64,000 nt of DNA, from positions 768,001 to 832,000 of the forward strand of contig JASGHG010000001.1 of the NCBI GenBank assembly GCA_047602425.1, in the 5' to 3' direction. The notes beneath the pieces were generated by a model. That model made no database searches. It saw only the letters and a program-made list of their open reading frames with translations, and was not told the DNA's origin. Of the stretch, positions 48,412 to 58,054 are shown piece by piece; position 1 is the stretch's first letter, and the number at the start of each line of letters is the position of its first letter. This stretch comes from Nibricoccus sp. (GTDB lineage: Bacteria; Verrucomicrobiota; Verrucomicrobiia; Opitutales; Opitutaceae). Position numbers and translations under genes: made by a program.

Positions 48412-48855
48412 TCATTTGACGCCGGCCTGCGTCGCCGCGGAAAGAACTTGAACCTCCTTCAACAACTGGCTGAACGCGAACGGTTTTTCCAAGGCGAAGC
48501 CGGGCTTCAGCAAATCGTCGAGATCTGGTTCGTTCCACGGAAGGCATCCCGAAATCAGAATCGCGGGCAGAGGAGAATTTTCCTGGCGCAGGCGCCGCAG
48601 CAATTCGACTCCGCGGAGCCGCGGCATGTCCTCGTCCGTGATTAGCAGATCGACTGTTTTTTCGCAAAGGATCGCGTAGGCCGCTTCGCCATCCTCGGCC
48701 GTCGATACCGAATATCCTTCACGTTGGAAAAGCTCCGCGATCGCTTCACGTATCCACCGGTCATCGTCGGCGATAAGAATGTGCAGGCCACCCCCGCTTC
48801 CCTCGATGGGTGTTTCGGCGCGGTCGTTTGGTACTTTCGATATGATCGTTTGCAT
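48412..48855 (-). CDS. Single-domain response regulator (receiver)
   Basis: ILIADDD, LLITDEDMP, ISG, LEKPF. Confidence 0.88.
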   Translation of the reverse strand: MQTIISKVPNDRAETPIEGSGGGLHILIADDDRWIREAIAELFQREGYSVSTAEDGEAAYAILCEKTVDLLITDEDMPRLRGVELLRRLRQENSPLPAILISGCLPWNEPDLDDLLKPGFALEKPFAFSQLLKEVQVLSAATQAGVK

Positions 48856-48906
48856 AATGGTTTGTATTGATGACTTGGCGGGCCGGCTGGGTTAGCGGTC
48901 TTGCTT

Positions 48907-49122
48907 TTAGGTGGCTTCTTGAATTTCAAATCCCACTTTGATGGTCACCTGCCAGTGATGGATCCTCCCGTTGTCGATATTGCCACGGGTTTCCAGGATT
49001 TGAAACCAACGCAGATTCTTAATGGTCGCTTTGGCGCGTTCGATGGCGTTCACGGCTGCCTCGTCGGAGCCGTTTTCCGAAGTGCCGGTGATTTCAACGA
49101 GTTTATAGATCGGATTTTTCAC
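48907..49122 (-). CDS. Dodecin (flavin-binding)
   Basis: YKLVEITGTS..NAIERA..TIKNLRWFQILETRG..WQVTIKVGF; GTG start. Confidence 0.92.
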   Translation of the reverse strand: MKNPIYKLVEITGTSENGSDEAAVNAIERAKATIKNLRWFQILETRGNIDNGRIHHWQVTIKVGFEIQEAT

Positions 49123-49221
49123 GGTTTTAAATGGTTGTTGTTTCGACCGGCCTCATGATCGCCGGGCTTTCCGCTCGGGGTCTGGACGCACGCGAGGTGC
49201 GTCCAGAACTCTCGATGGTTT

Positions 49222-49779
49222 TTATTTTTTTGCAGAAACCGCTTCTTCGACCGATTTCGCCACGGTCAGGTGTTCTTGCAGCGTGGGCAGCGTCTTCGCG
49301 GCTAATGCGCGCAGGTCAGCGTCGTCGCTCTTTTCCGACGCCTTTTGGAATTCCTCCACGTCTTTTTTGTGATCTTTCAACATCTGCTTCATGTACGCCT
49401 TGTCGAAGTCGGCGCCTTTCTCATCCTGAAGTTTATCGGTCATCTTTCCGCTTTTTTTCGCCATCGCATTGGGAGGCGTGGCGCCCTTTTGGCTCAGCAG
49501 CTGCGTCAGTTCCTGATTCGCTTTCTGGTGATCGGTCACCATGCGTTGGCCGAATTCGCGGACGGCTTGGTCGGTGGCTTTTTGTTGGGCAAGCTGGCCG
49601 AGGGTTACCTCCATCGTGCCGCCTTCCAAGGCTTCACAGGCGAATTTATAATCGTGCGAAGAAAGCTGGCCCCGGTTTTCCGATTCGTTGGCCGACAATG
49701 TGGCTGCTGAGAAGACCAGCGCCGCGCAGGCAGCAAGCAGTTGAAACGAGTTGGCTGTTTTCATTTGAGGATTTTTCAT
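49222..49779 (-). CDS. DUF4142 exported ferritin-like protein
   Basis: Signal peptide; EVTLGQLA, VREFGQRMVTDH, FDKAYM..MLKDH, TLPTLQEHL. Confidence 0.9.
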   Translation of the reverse strand: MKNPQMKTANSFQLLAACAALVFSAATLSANESENRGQLSSHDYKFACEALEGGTMEVTLGQLAQQKATDQAVREFGQRMVTDHQKANQELTQLLSQKGATPPNAMAKKSGKMTDKLQDEKGADFDKAYMKQMLKDHKKDVEEFQKASEKSDDADLRALAAKTLPTLQEHLTVAKSVEEAVSAKK

Positions 49780-50007
49780 AGCGTTTGTTTTGTTGCAGGT
49801 GCGGAGCACCCTTCTTCAGTTGAGATTTGATGCGGGCCGCCTTTTGGCGCGCATCACGCCTGCTACGGTAGCGGATCGAAATGCCTGCCGCTATGGGATA
49901 AAACCCGACGTACCGTCTCCGGTGAACAGCCTCTCTTTTTTGGCAACAATCAGCGGCGCGGAACCGCCTTGCGAATCCCCGCACTATCCGGACGGCTTCG
50001 CTGCGCA

Positions 50008-50955
50008 ATGTCCTCGAATTTGAAATATTGGATGAGCGTTTTTGTCACCGCCGTGAAGGCGTGGTTTGCCGACAACTCCTTCAAGCATTCGGCGGCGGTG
50101 AGCTACTACACGTTATTTTCGATGGCACCGATCACGATCATAGCGTTGGCCATCGCGGGATTTTTTTTCGGCGAAGAAGCGGCCCGCGGGCAGCTTTCAC
50201 ATCAGCTGACCCAGTTGATTGGACGGCAGGGCGCTGAGGCTCTGCAAGGCGTCGTGGCGCAAAGCGAACCGCAGACCACGGGCTGGGCGTCGACTGCCGT
50301 CGGCGTGGGATTGCTTCTTCTCGGCGCCACTTCGGTCATGGCGCAACTGCAGGAGTCGGTCAATGAGCTCTGGCGTGTGGTTAGTCGTCCGGAACGAAAC
50401 GTCATCTGGAGTGTGATCAGCAAGCGCATGGTTTCCTTTGCGATGGTCGTCTCCGTGGGCCTGCTGCTGATCGTTTCGCTGGTTCTCTCGACGACGATCA
50501 CGACGGTCGTCCGATACTTTGGCACAAACTGGTCGCCATATATTCTGCGCATCGCCGATCTCGCCAGCGGCTTTGTCATTAACACCCTCTTGTTTGCGAT
50601 GGTGTTCAAGGTTCTTCCCGATGTCCGCCTCAATTGGAAGGATGTTTGGCGCGGAGCCATGGTTACGGCACTGCTTTTCGAAATCGGCCGGTTCCTCATC
50701 GCGTTCTACCTCGGGCATGCGACCTTTGCTTCAACCTTCGCCGCGGCCGGTTCCCTCGTCGCATTGTTGGTGTGGGTCTACTATTCTTCCGCGATTTTAT
50801 TTTTTGGCGTCGAGTTTGTCCGGGCCGATGTCGCCGCGCGCGGTCGTCACGTTCCGCCTTCCGACAGCGCCGTGTACGTCCGCCAGGAGCTGGTCCGCGA
50901 TCCTCTCGGCACCACACCAATGTCTAGGGAAAACGGACTACGAAAGCTCCGCTGA
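50008..50955 (+). CDS. YihY / virulence factor BrkB-family membrane protein
   Basis: SAAVSYYTLFSMAP, FKVLPD, AGSLVALLVWVYYSSAILFFGVEF. Confidence 0.92.
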   Translation: MSSNLKYWMSVFVTAVKAWFADNSFKHSAAVSYYTLFSMAPITIIALAIAGFFFGEEAARGQLSHQLTQLIGRQGAEALQGVVAQSEPQTTGWASTAVGVGLLLLGATSVMAQLQESVNELWRVVSRPERNVIWSVISKRMVSFAMVVSVGLLLIVSLVLSTTITTVVRYFGTNWSPYILRIADLASGFVINTLLFAMVFKVLPDVRLNWKDVWRGAMVTALLFEIGRFLIAFYLGHATFASTFAAAGSLVALLVWVYYSSAILFFGVEFVRADVAARGRHVPPSDSAVYVRQELVRDPLGTTPMSRENGLRKLR

Positions 50956-51000
50956 ATTTCCCGATACCGCCGAGTCGTTACCATTGTTAAATTCACGTCC

Positions 51001-51477
51001 ATGAAACCACAAATCAAACTATCGACCGTCGCATTCCGGTCTTCCGCCGCTTTGGCGCTTGTGTCTTTTGCGTTCTTCACCGGCTGCGCGACCGAGCCGG
51101 AATCTCACGTGGTCTCAGCTCCACCTCCGCCCCCACCCACCACAACGACCACAACCACCGCGCCTGTTGCGGTGACTGTGCCTAACCAAACGCAACAAAC
51201 CACGGTCACGCGCACGACCTCCGTCACCGGCGCGGGAAATCCTGCCGTCGTGTCCGTCGTCACGGAGGCGCCTCCGCCGGTTCAACAGGAAACGGTCCAG
51301 GTACGGCCTTCCTCGAATCATGTTTGGATTCCCGGACATTGGTCGTGGCGTCTGAATCGCTATGAATGGATTCCCGGGCAGTGGGAAATCCCGCCCAGTG
51401 GCAGCTCGGCCTGGGTTCCTCCGCACTATGAGCGGGAAGGGAACGTCTACAAATTCTACGAAGGTTACTGGGAGTAG
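51001..51477 (+). CDS. Lipoprotein with WxxGxW (YXWGXW) repeats
   Basis: FTGC lipobox, Pro/Thr tract, VWIPGHWSW, EWIPGQW, AWVPPHY, FYEGYW. Confidence 0.85.
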   Translation: MKPQIKLSTVAFRSSAALALVSFAFFTGCATEPESHVVSAPPPPPPTTTTTTTAPVAVTVPNQTQQTTVTRTTSVTGAGNPAVVSVVTEAPPPVQQETVQVRPSSNHVWIPGHWSWRLNRYEWIPGQWEIPPSGSSAWVPPHYEREGNVYKFYEGYWE

Positions 51478-51497
51478 CCGTCATTTTGCCTGGCACG

Positions 51498-51530
51498 AGC
51501 CGGCCCGCCCATCGCGGGCCGGCTTCATTA
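51498..51530 (+). terminator. GC-rich hairpin between the lipoprotein gene and treZ
   Basis: 11-bp stem AGCCGGCCCGC (51498-51508) / GCGGGCCGGCT (51514-51524); weak U-tail. Confidence 0.5.
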
Positions 51531-51545
51531 TCATCTCGTTTTATT

Positions 51546-53432
51546 ATGCCCATTAAACGCGTCCTACCCATTGGCGCGGAATTGCAGACGGGGGGCGGCG
51601 TTCACTTTCGCATCTGGGCTCCAAATTCGAAGAGAGCGCATGCCGAACGCCATGCAGGTTCCGATTCGGCTCCAACCGCGGCGACGCCGCTCACCGCGGA
51701 AGGAAATGGATATTTTTCCGGGCTGGCGGCCGATTTTAAACCGGGCGATCTCTATAAGTTCCGCCTCGATGGTGGTTCGTTTCCCGATCCCGCTTCACGC
51801 TTTCAACCTTTCGGTCCGCATGGTCCCTCGCAGGTGATCGATCCCGGTGCGTTCCGCTGGACTGATCAGCAATGGCGCGGTCTGCCACGTGGCGCCTTGG
51901 TGATGTATGAATTGCATCTCGGCACGTTCACCACGGAAGGAAGCTGGAGCGCAGCGGAACAACAATTACCCGAACTAAAAAGAATCGGCATAACCGCGGT
52001 GGAGATCATGCCCATTGCCGATTTTCCGGGAGATTTTGGCTGGGGTTACGATGGCGTGAATCTGTTCGCACCCTGCCGGCTCTATGGAAAGCCTGACGAT
52101 GTACGCCAGTTCGTGAACCGGGCGCACGAACTGGGCCTGATGGTCTTTCTCGACGTCGTCTACAACCACTTGGGACCGGACGGCAACTACCTCGGACAGT
52201 TCTCCAAATTCTACGTTCATGCGTCGAAGAAGTCGGAATGGGGAGACACTTTGAATTTCGATGGCGAAGAATCGGCCCCCGTGCGCGAATTTTTTCTGAG
52301 CAACGTCCGGTATTGGATCGAGGAATTCCACTTTGATGGACTGCGGCTCGACGCCGTTCAAGCGATTCACGATAGCTCCGCCACGCATATTCTCGCGGAC
52401 ATTTCTCGCACGGCCGCCGAGGCCGGACAAGGGCGCTCCATCATCGTTGTCGCTGAAAACGCCAATCAGGAGGCACACCTGGTGCGCTCGTATGAGCGAA
52501 ACGGATACGGCCTCCACGCCGTTTGGAACGACGATTTTCACCACAGCGCCATGGTGGCGGCGACAGCGCACGCTGACGCCTACTACTCTGACTTCAAAGG
52601 CTCCGCCCAGGAACTTGTCTCGGTTCTGAAGTATGGTTATTTATACCAAGGCCAAGGATCACGGTGGCTGAAGAATCCGCTGGGAACTCCGGCCTTCGAT
52701 CTCAAGCCCCGGAATTTCGTCAACTACCTCCAAAACCACGACCAGGTGGCGAATTCGTTGCGAGGCGCCCGCCTGCACCAGCTCACGTCGCCGGGGAAGG
52801 CCCGCGTTTTCACCGCGCTCCTCCTCTTGGGACCGGCGATCCCGCTGCTTTTTCAAGGCCAGGAGTTCTCCGCCTCCTCGCCTTTCGTTTACTTCGCTCA
52901 CCATACGAAAGAGCTAAACGTCCTAATCCGCGAGGGGCGCACGAAATTCATCCACCAATTCCGCGCGATTGCCGCGCAGCCTCACCCGGACTTCCCTGCC
53001 GATCCGTCCTCCGCCGAAACCTTCAAAAGCTGCAAACTGGATTTTAGCGAACGTCAGCGGAACAAAGCCGCTTACCAGCTGCACGAGGATCTGCTGCGTA
53101 TCCGGCGCGACGATAAAACCATCGCCCAACCGGAGCGAGTGGATGGCGCGCTTCTTGACCACGACGCATTTCTCCTGCGGTTCTTTTCGTCAAATGGCGA
53201 GGACAGGCTCCTACTCGTGAACCTCGGTTGCGATCTGATCCTCGGCACGGTTGCCGAACCCCTGCTCGCCCCGCTTGCCGGTTGTAGTTGGAAAGCGCTT
53301 TGGTCGAGTGAAGCTATTGAATATGGCGGGGGCGGCACTGCTCCGCTCGAAACCTCAACTGGCTGCAGTATACCCGGCCATGCGGCCGTCTTGCTTGGGC
53401 CTGAAACGAAATGCCGCTCACCCCAGAGTTGA
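51546..53432 (+). CDS. treZ: Malto-oligosyltrehalose trehalohydrolase (GH13)
   Basis: FRIWAP, PDPASRFQP.GPHGPS, YELHLGTFT, WGYDGV, DVVYNHLGPDGNY, DGLRLDA, LQNHDQVAN. Confidence 0.95.
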   Translation: MPIKRVLPIGAELQTGGGVHFRIWAPNSKRAHAERHAGSDSAPTAATPLTAEGNGYFSGLAADFKPGDLYKFRLDGGSFPDPASRFQPFGPHGPSQVIDPGAFRWTDQQWRGLPRGALVMYELHLGTFTTEGSWSAAEQQLPELKRIGITAVEIMPIADFPGDFGWGYDGVNLFAPCRLYGKPDDVRQFVNRAHELGLMVFLDVVYNHLGPDGNYLGQFSKFYVHASKKSEWGDTLNFDGEESAPVREFFLSNVRYWIEEFHFDGLRLDAVQAIHDSSATHILADISRTAAEAGQGRSIIVVAENANQEAHLVRSYERNGYGLHAVWNDDFHHSAMVAATAHADAYYSDFKGSAQELVSVLKYGYLYQGQGSRWLKNPLGTPAFDLKPRNFVNYLQNHDQVANSLRGARLHQLTSPGKARVFTALLLLGPAIPLLFQGQEFSASSPFVYFAHHTKELNVLIREGRTKFIHQFRAIAAQPHPDFPADPSSAETFKSCKLDFSERQRNKAAYQLHEDLLRIRRDDKTIAQPERVDGALLDHDAFLLRFFSSNGEDRLLLVNLGCDLILGTVAEPLLAPLAGCSWKALWSSEAIEYGGGGTAPLETSTGCSIPGHAAVLLGPETKCRSPQS

Positions 53433-55474
53433 ATTTATCGAGGAAAATCGATTTCTCCTCGATCGCGCCGGATCGGCTGCAACCTTTGCTCAACAGCCAA
53501 TGGCTGGTGACTAATGGTTTGGGCGGTTATGCTTCAGGCACCATCGCCGGCACCGTGACGTGGCGTTACCATGGGATCCTGATCGCGGCCCTCCCCGCTC
53601 CCTTGGGGCGTACTTTGATGCTCAATCATTTGGTCGAGCATCTCCGGCTTCCCGATCGTACCCTGATTCAATTCGGCGGTGCCGAACCCTCCGCACCGAA
53701 CGATACATCAGGTCCAAACTTTGTCGCCGAATTCCGCCTGGAAAATCAAATTCCGATCTGGCGCTACGATATCAACGGCATCTCGCTCGAAAAACGGCTC
53801 GTGATGCCTTACCTGCAAAACACCGTTCACCTGACTTACACGCTCCTGTCGGAAATTGAGGGATGCTCGTTGGAGTTGCGCCCGGCCCTGCACTTCCGGT
53901 CGCTCGAGGCAGCGGTCAACATGCCCTATGAGAATCAATACGAGGTTCGTCTTTCTGACCGAAATTTCGAAATAGAATCCCACCGCGGACATCCGCCGCT
54001 CCGTTTGTCCATTGACTCACCGGATGCCGTTTTCGTGTACAATGGAGGAACGCTCCGCACCCTCTTCTACGAATTGGAGGCGGAACGCGGGTATGATTCG
54101 AGAGGAACCTTGTGGTCACCCGGGCATTTTTCGATACCACTATCGCGCCAAAGGCCGACCACCCTCATCGCCTCGGCGGAAACGTGGAGAACCATCAACG
54201 CCCTTGATGCCTCCACGGCATATGCCATCGAAATGGAGCGGCGAAAACGGCTGCTCCGCATCGCCGATCCACGGGCGCAAAAGGGCGCCGCCGCCGAACT
54301 CGTTCTCGCCGCCGACCAGTTCATCATCTCGCCCGTCGGTCGCATCAGCGATGCCGCGCGAGCCAAGGCCGCTGGCGACGAATTGCGGAGTGTGATTGCC
54401 GGTTATCATTGGTTTACCGACTGGGGCCGAGATACGATGATCAGCCTCGAGGGCCTCACATTGACCACGGGCCGCCACCAGGAAGCCGAATGGATTCTCA
54501 AAACTTTTGCTCAATACGTATCCGATGGCCTGATACCCAATATGTTTCCCGAGGGGAAAAATGTGGGTGTGTATCACACCGCCGATGCCACCCTCTGGTT
54601 TTTCCACGCCATCGACCGTTATTTGCAGGTCACGGACGATCGCGAAATTCTCAAAACGCTTCTGCCGGTTTTGGAAGACATCGTCGCTCATCACCTGCGC
54701 GGCACGCGTTTTGGCATCGGCGTCGACAGCAAAGACGGCCTGCTGGATCAGGGCGCTCCTGGTTTTCAACTCACCTGGATGGACGCAAAAGTCGGCGACT
54801 GGGTCGTAACGCCCCGGCGGGGCAAGGCCGTGGAAATCAATGCGCTTTGGTACAATGCGCTGCGGCTCCTGGAAAACTGGCTGACGGCGGACGGCAAACA
54901 AGACAAGGCGCGTGCGCTTGCCGAACACTCACAGCAAACTAAAACCTCCTTCAATGCCCGTTTCTGGAATGAATCCCTGAATTGCTTGTACGACGTGGTG
55001 GACGGCGAACAAGGCGACGATCCGACTCTGCGACCGAACCAGTTGATAGCTTTTTCGCTTCCCCATCCCGTCCTGGAGGAACGCTATTGGGAACCCGTCC
55101 TGCGCACGGTGGAGAAAGAGCTGCTGACACCGGTTGGCCTTCGCACGCTCAACCGGGGCGACAAGGATTTTAAGGCGAAATATTTTGGCGACATTCGTGC
55201 GCGGGACGCAGCGTACCATCAGGGCACGGTCTGGGCGTGGTTGATCGGTCCTTTTATCAACGCCTGGCTCAAGGTTCGTCCGGACGATTATGCCGGTGCC
55301 CGCAAACGCCTGGAAGGTTTCGCTCCTCAGCTCAGCGCCGGTTGCATCGGATCCATCGCCGAGATTTTTGACGGCGAAGCTCCGTTTAAAGAACGTGGAT
55401 GCATCGCCCAGGCGTGGAGCGTCGCGGAGGTATTGAGGTGCTTTGTTCTTACCGCCACTGAACCTTCAAAATGA
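53411..55474 (+). CDS. Amylo-alpha-1,6-glucosidase (GH133, archaeal-type glycogen debranching enzyme)
   Basis: WLVTNGLGGYASGT, IAGYHWFTDWGRDTMIS, QLTWMDAK, AYHQGTVW, GCIAQAWSVAE. Confidence 0.93.
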   Translation: MPLTPELNLSRKIDFSSIAPDRLQPLLNSQWLVTNGLGGYASGTIAGTVTWRYHGILIAALPAPLGRTLMLNHLVEHLRLPDRTLIQFGGAEPSAPNDTSGPNFVAEFRLENQIPIWRYDINGISLEKRLVMPYLQNTVHLTYTLLSEIEGCSLELRPALHFRSLEAAVNMPYENQYEVRLSDRNFEIESHRGHPPLRLSIDSPDAVFVYNGGTLRTLFYELEAERGYDSRGTLWSPGHFSIPLSRQRPTTLIASAETWRTINALDASTAYAIEMERRKRLLRIADPRAQKGAAAELVLAADQFIISPVGRISDAARAKAAGDELRSVIAGYHWFTDWGRDTMISLEGLTLTTGRHQEAEWILKTFAQYVSDGLIPNMFPEGKNVGVYHTADATLWFFHAIDRYLQVTDDREILKTLLPVLEDIVAHHLRGTRFGIGVDSKDGLLDQGAPGFQLTWMDAKVGDWVVTPRRGKAVEINALWYNALRLLENWLTADGKQDKARALAEHSQQTKTSFNARFWNESLNCLYDVVDGEQGDDPTLRPNQLIAFSLPHPVLEERYWEPVLRTVEKELLTPVGLRTLNRGDKDFKAKYFGDIRARDAAYHQGTVWAWLIGPFINAWLKVRPDDYAGARKRLEGFAPQLSAGCIGSIAEIFDGEAPFKERGCIAQAWSVAEVLRCFVLTATEPSK

Positions 55475-55488
55475 TCTAGTTCGGCAGA

Positions 55489-57186
55489 CTAGCGTCGATA
55501 TCGTTTCTCACTCTTGTAATCCGAGAGAATGATGCTGATCAGGAGCCAGACAGCTCCTCCCGCGGCCGCGAGAAAGCAGAGGATCGCCAGACCGGGAAAC
55601 CCGAAAAGCGTGAAGCGCGTCGGCACTCGCATCAGAAGCGACGCACCAATAATCAGACTGGCCAGGACCAACCCCGTGGTGATGCGGTTGGCGATTTTTT
55701 GCATGCCATCCATCACCACTTTCGCGTCGGCCGATGTGACCTTAAGTTCGAGCTCCGAATTTGTAATGGTATCAATGATACGATTGAGCCGCGTGGGCAG
55801 TCCGGCGGTAAACTCTTTCACCTCCAGGAGGGAGCTGTAGATGCTTCCCTGGGTCAGTTCCTTTTTCATCCGCCTGGACAAGAGTTCGGTGCTGTTTCTC
55901 CGCACAGAACCGCTGGCATCGAATTTCGGGTCGAGGATGCGTCCAACCTCGTCGAGTTGCAGCATGGTCTTGGCCAGCAACACCAGCTCGCTAGGTACAA
56001 TGAGGCTGTTTGACTGCGCGATGCCGCTCACCTCGAGAAGCGATCGGCCGACGTTCAACTGCTCAAGTCCCCGGTCCCGTTGCGACGCGACCAACTGGGT
56101 GATCCGGTGGCGGAAGTCGGGGGCGTTGAAATCGGGCAATTTCTGACTCATCCGAATGGCAAGGTCCGCCGCCGCTTCGCCATTCCCTTCGCTGACGGCG
56201 AGCAGGATCTTCAACAGATTCTCCTGCATGGTCGGCGCCGTATGCCCAACCATTCCCAAATCGATCAGCGCGATGCGTCCGTCGTTCGTCACAAAGACGT
56301 TTCCCGGATGCGGATCGGCGTGAAACAGTCCGTCGAGCAATACTTGCTGCAAGTATGCCTTGAAGAGTTCCTCCGCCAACGCCGTTCCGTCGAGCTCCAT
56401 CAACGCAAGCGGACTGAGGCTCGTGATTTTCTGCCCTTGCACCTCCTCCATGGTCAGCACACGCCGGGTGCAAAAATCCGGTATCGGTTTGGGCACCTGG
56501 ATCAGACTGAATTCCTTTAGATTATTACCGATAGTAACTAGGTTGTGCGCTTCCCTTTCGTAATCGAGCTCCTGCCGGATCACCAAACGGAATTCCTCCA
56601 GCGTGACACGAAACCGCTTCTTTCGCCCGAGCTCCGTGTGATCGTCGATGAAGCCCGCAATCTGTTCCAAGACTTCAAAATCTTCCGCGATCTGCCGGCG
56701 AATGCCGGGGCGTTGAACCTTGACGACGACGCGCCGTCCATCTCGCAAAGCCGCGCGATGCACCTGCCCCAGCGAGGCCGCAGCCAGTGGATTCTCGTCG
56801 AAAAACGAAAAGCCCTTCGAGATGCGCACGCCCAGTTCCTCCATCACCGTTTGTTCAACGTCCTTAAAAGGAAACGGTTTTACCCTGTCTTGCAGACGCG
56901 AAAGCGCGGTCAAATATTTCTCCGGAAATAAATCGGGGCGCCCAGCCAAGACCTGCCCGAGTTTGATATAGGTCGGCCCCATTGCCTCAAGATCGTCCGC
57001 CAGATGTTCCGGAGACGGGGCGCGTGCGTCTTCCGTGCCATTTCCGCCCAAAACGCCCTCGCCTTCCTCGCGATCGCCGAATTCTTCATCCTGCGCAATC
57101 TGACGCGCCAAATCCGACCGTCCATATTTCAACAGGAGGGATACAATTTCGCGATAGCGGGAAAAGTGTGCGGTCTTGAATTTCAT
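55489..57186 (-). CDS. ABC1/AarF/UbiB-family atypical kinase
   Basis: GPTYIKLGQ, AAASLGQVH, VVKVQRP, ELDYEREA, FHADPHPGN, IDLGMVG; C-terminal TMs. Confidence 0.93.
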   Translation of the reverse strand: MKFKTAHFSRYREIVSLLLKYGRSDLARQIAQDEEFGDREEGEGVLGGNGTEDARAPSPEHLADDLEAMGPTYIKLGQVLAGRPDLFPEKYLTALSRLQDRVKPFPFKDVEQTVMEELGVRISKGFSFFDENPLAAASLGQVHRAALRDGRRVVVKVQRPGIRRQIAEDFEVLEQIAGFIDDHTELGRKKRFRVTLEEFRLVIRQELDYEREAHNLVTIGNNLKEFSLIQVPKPIPDFCTRRVLTMEEVQGQKITSLSPLALMELDGTALAEELFKAYLQQVLLDGLFHADPHPGNVFVTNDGRIALIDLGMVGHTAPTMQENLLKILLAVSEGNGEAAADLAIRMSQKLPDFNAPDFRHRITQLVASQRDRGLEQLNVGRSLLEVSGIAQSNSLIVPSELVLLAKTMLQLDEVGRILDPKFDASGSVRRNSTELLSRRMKKELTQGSIYSSLLEVKEFTAGLPTRLNRIIDTITNSELELKVTSADAKVVMDGMQKIANRITTGLVLASLIIGASLLMRVPTRFTLFGFPGLAILCFLAAAGGAVWLLISIILSDYKSEKRYRR

Positions 57187-57274
57187 ATTTGACGATTCTG
57201 GATATTATTTCGGATGCGGTCACGGAACCGCGCTCTTCAACGGCTTTCTAGCACTGCTACATCCCAATCCGCCC

Positions 57275-57595
57275 ATGTTCCAAGCAGCCAAAGACGCTAT
57301 AACCAGCAAAGCCGCCCAAAAGTGGGTGAACGATTTTATTTCGCGATACGGCGTCGTCCACGAGTTGAGAATCGATTCGAAACAGAAGACCGTTTCCTTC
57401 ACCGTGCAACTCCAGGGCGAAGTCTCTCCTGTCACAGTTTCGGTCGGAAAATATGAAGTCGAAACCGAGCAAGGGCGCTCGTATGTGCGCGCTTCGTCGT
57501 TCGATTCCAGCCGCCCGTGGTTGAGGGAGGTCCTGAACGACCATGCGTCGAATCGTCGCATCGAGTTGCCCTCGTGGGCCGCAGCCGCGCTCTGA
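57275..57595 (+). CDS. Conserved-looking hypothetical protein
   Basis: Protein-like composition (RYGVVHELRIDSKQK..LQGEVSPV..SRPWL); fits the intergenic space. Confidence 0.65.
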   Translation: MFQAAKDAITSKAAQKWVNDFISRYGVVHELRIDSKQKTVSFTVQLQGEVSPVTVSVGKYEVETEQGRSYVRASSFDSSRPWLREVLNDHASNRRIELPSWAAAAL

Positions 57596-57612
57596 CGCCG
57601 GATGCAAGCCGG

Positions 57613-57768
57613 TTAAATCCTCGTTCGCCCTCCGCCGGCCAAATAGGCGATCAGGACAATCAGAAGGATCAGGCCAATCGTGCTGCCACCGATCACGGGG
57701 CCGCCGAAGTAGAAACCGCCGCCGCCAAATAACAGCAGCAGAATGATGACAAGGAGGAGTGAGTTCAT
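57613..57768 (-). CDS. DUF3309-like small membrane protein (51 aa, not in ORF track)
   Basis: MNSLLLVIILLLLFGGGGFYFGGPVIGGSTIGLILLIVLIAYLAGGGRTRI. Confidence 0.85.
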   Translation of the reverse strand: MNSLLLVIILLLLFGGGGFYFGGPVIGGSTIGLILLIVLIAYLAGGGRTRI

Positions 57769-58054
57769 GCTCAGAATCCTACCTTTTCGAGCGAAACTTC
57801 ACCATGGGGCAATCTCCGGGGCACGCGATAGGCAGTTGTCGGTGAGTTCTAGTTGGCGCCGCATTTTTGCCGGTCGGTAGAAATGACGGTGGCTTTTCGG
57901 GAGCGCCGCCCCATGGAAGAAATTATCGGAAGCGGCTAACATAGCCGGACTTCGGTCCTTGCGTGAACAGCGCAAGGTCGGTCCTAAACCATTTATCAGT
58001 CCCAACAATTGGAACTCACAATCTCTCAATCCCTCCAAGCACCCCTCCTGTCCC

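Noticed and set aside
51120..51230. CCA/ACC-rich low-complexity tract
   Set aside because: Encodes the Pro/Thr linker of the lipoprotein; not a DNA-level repeat array
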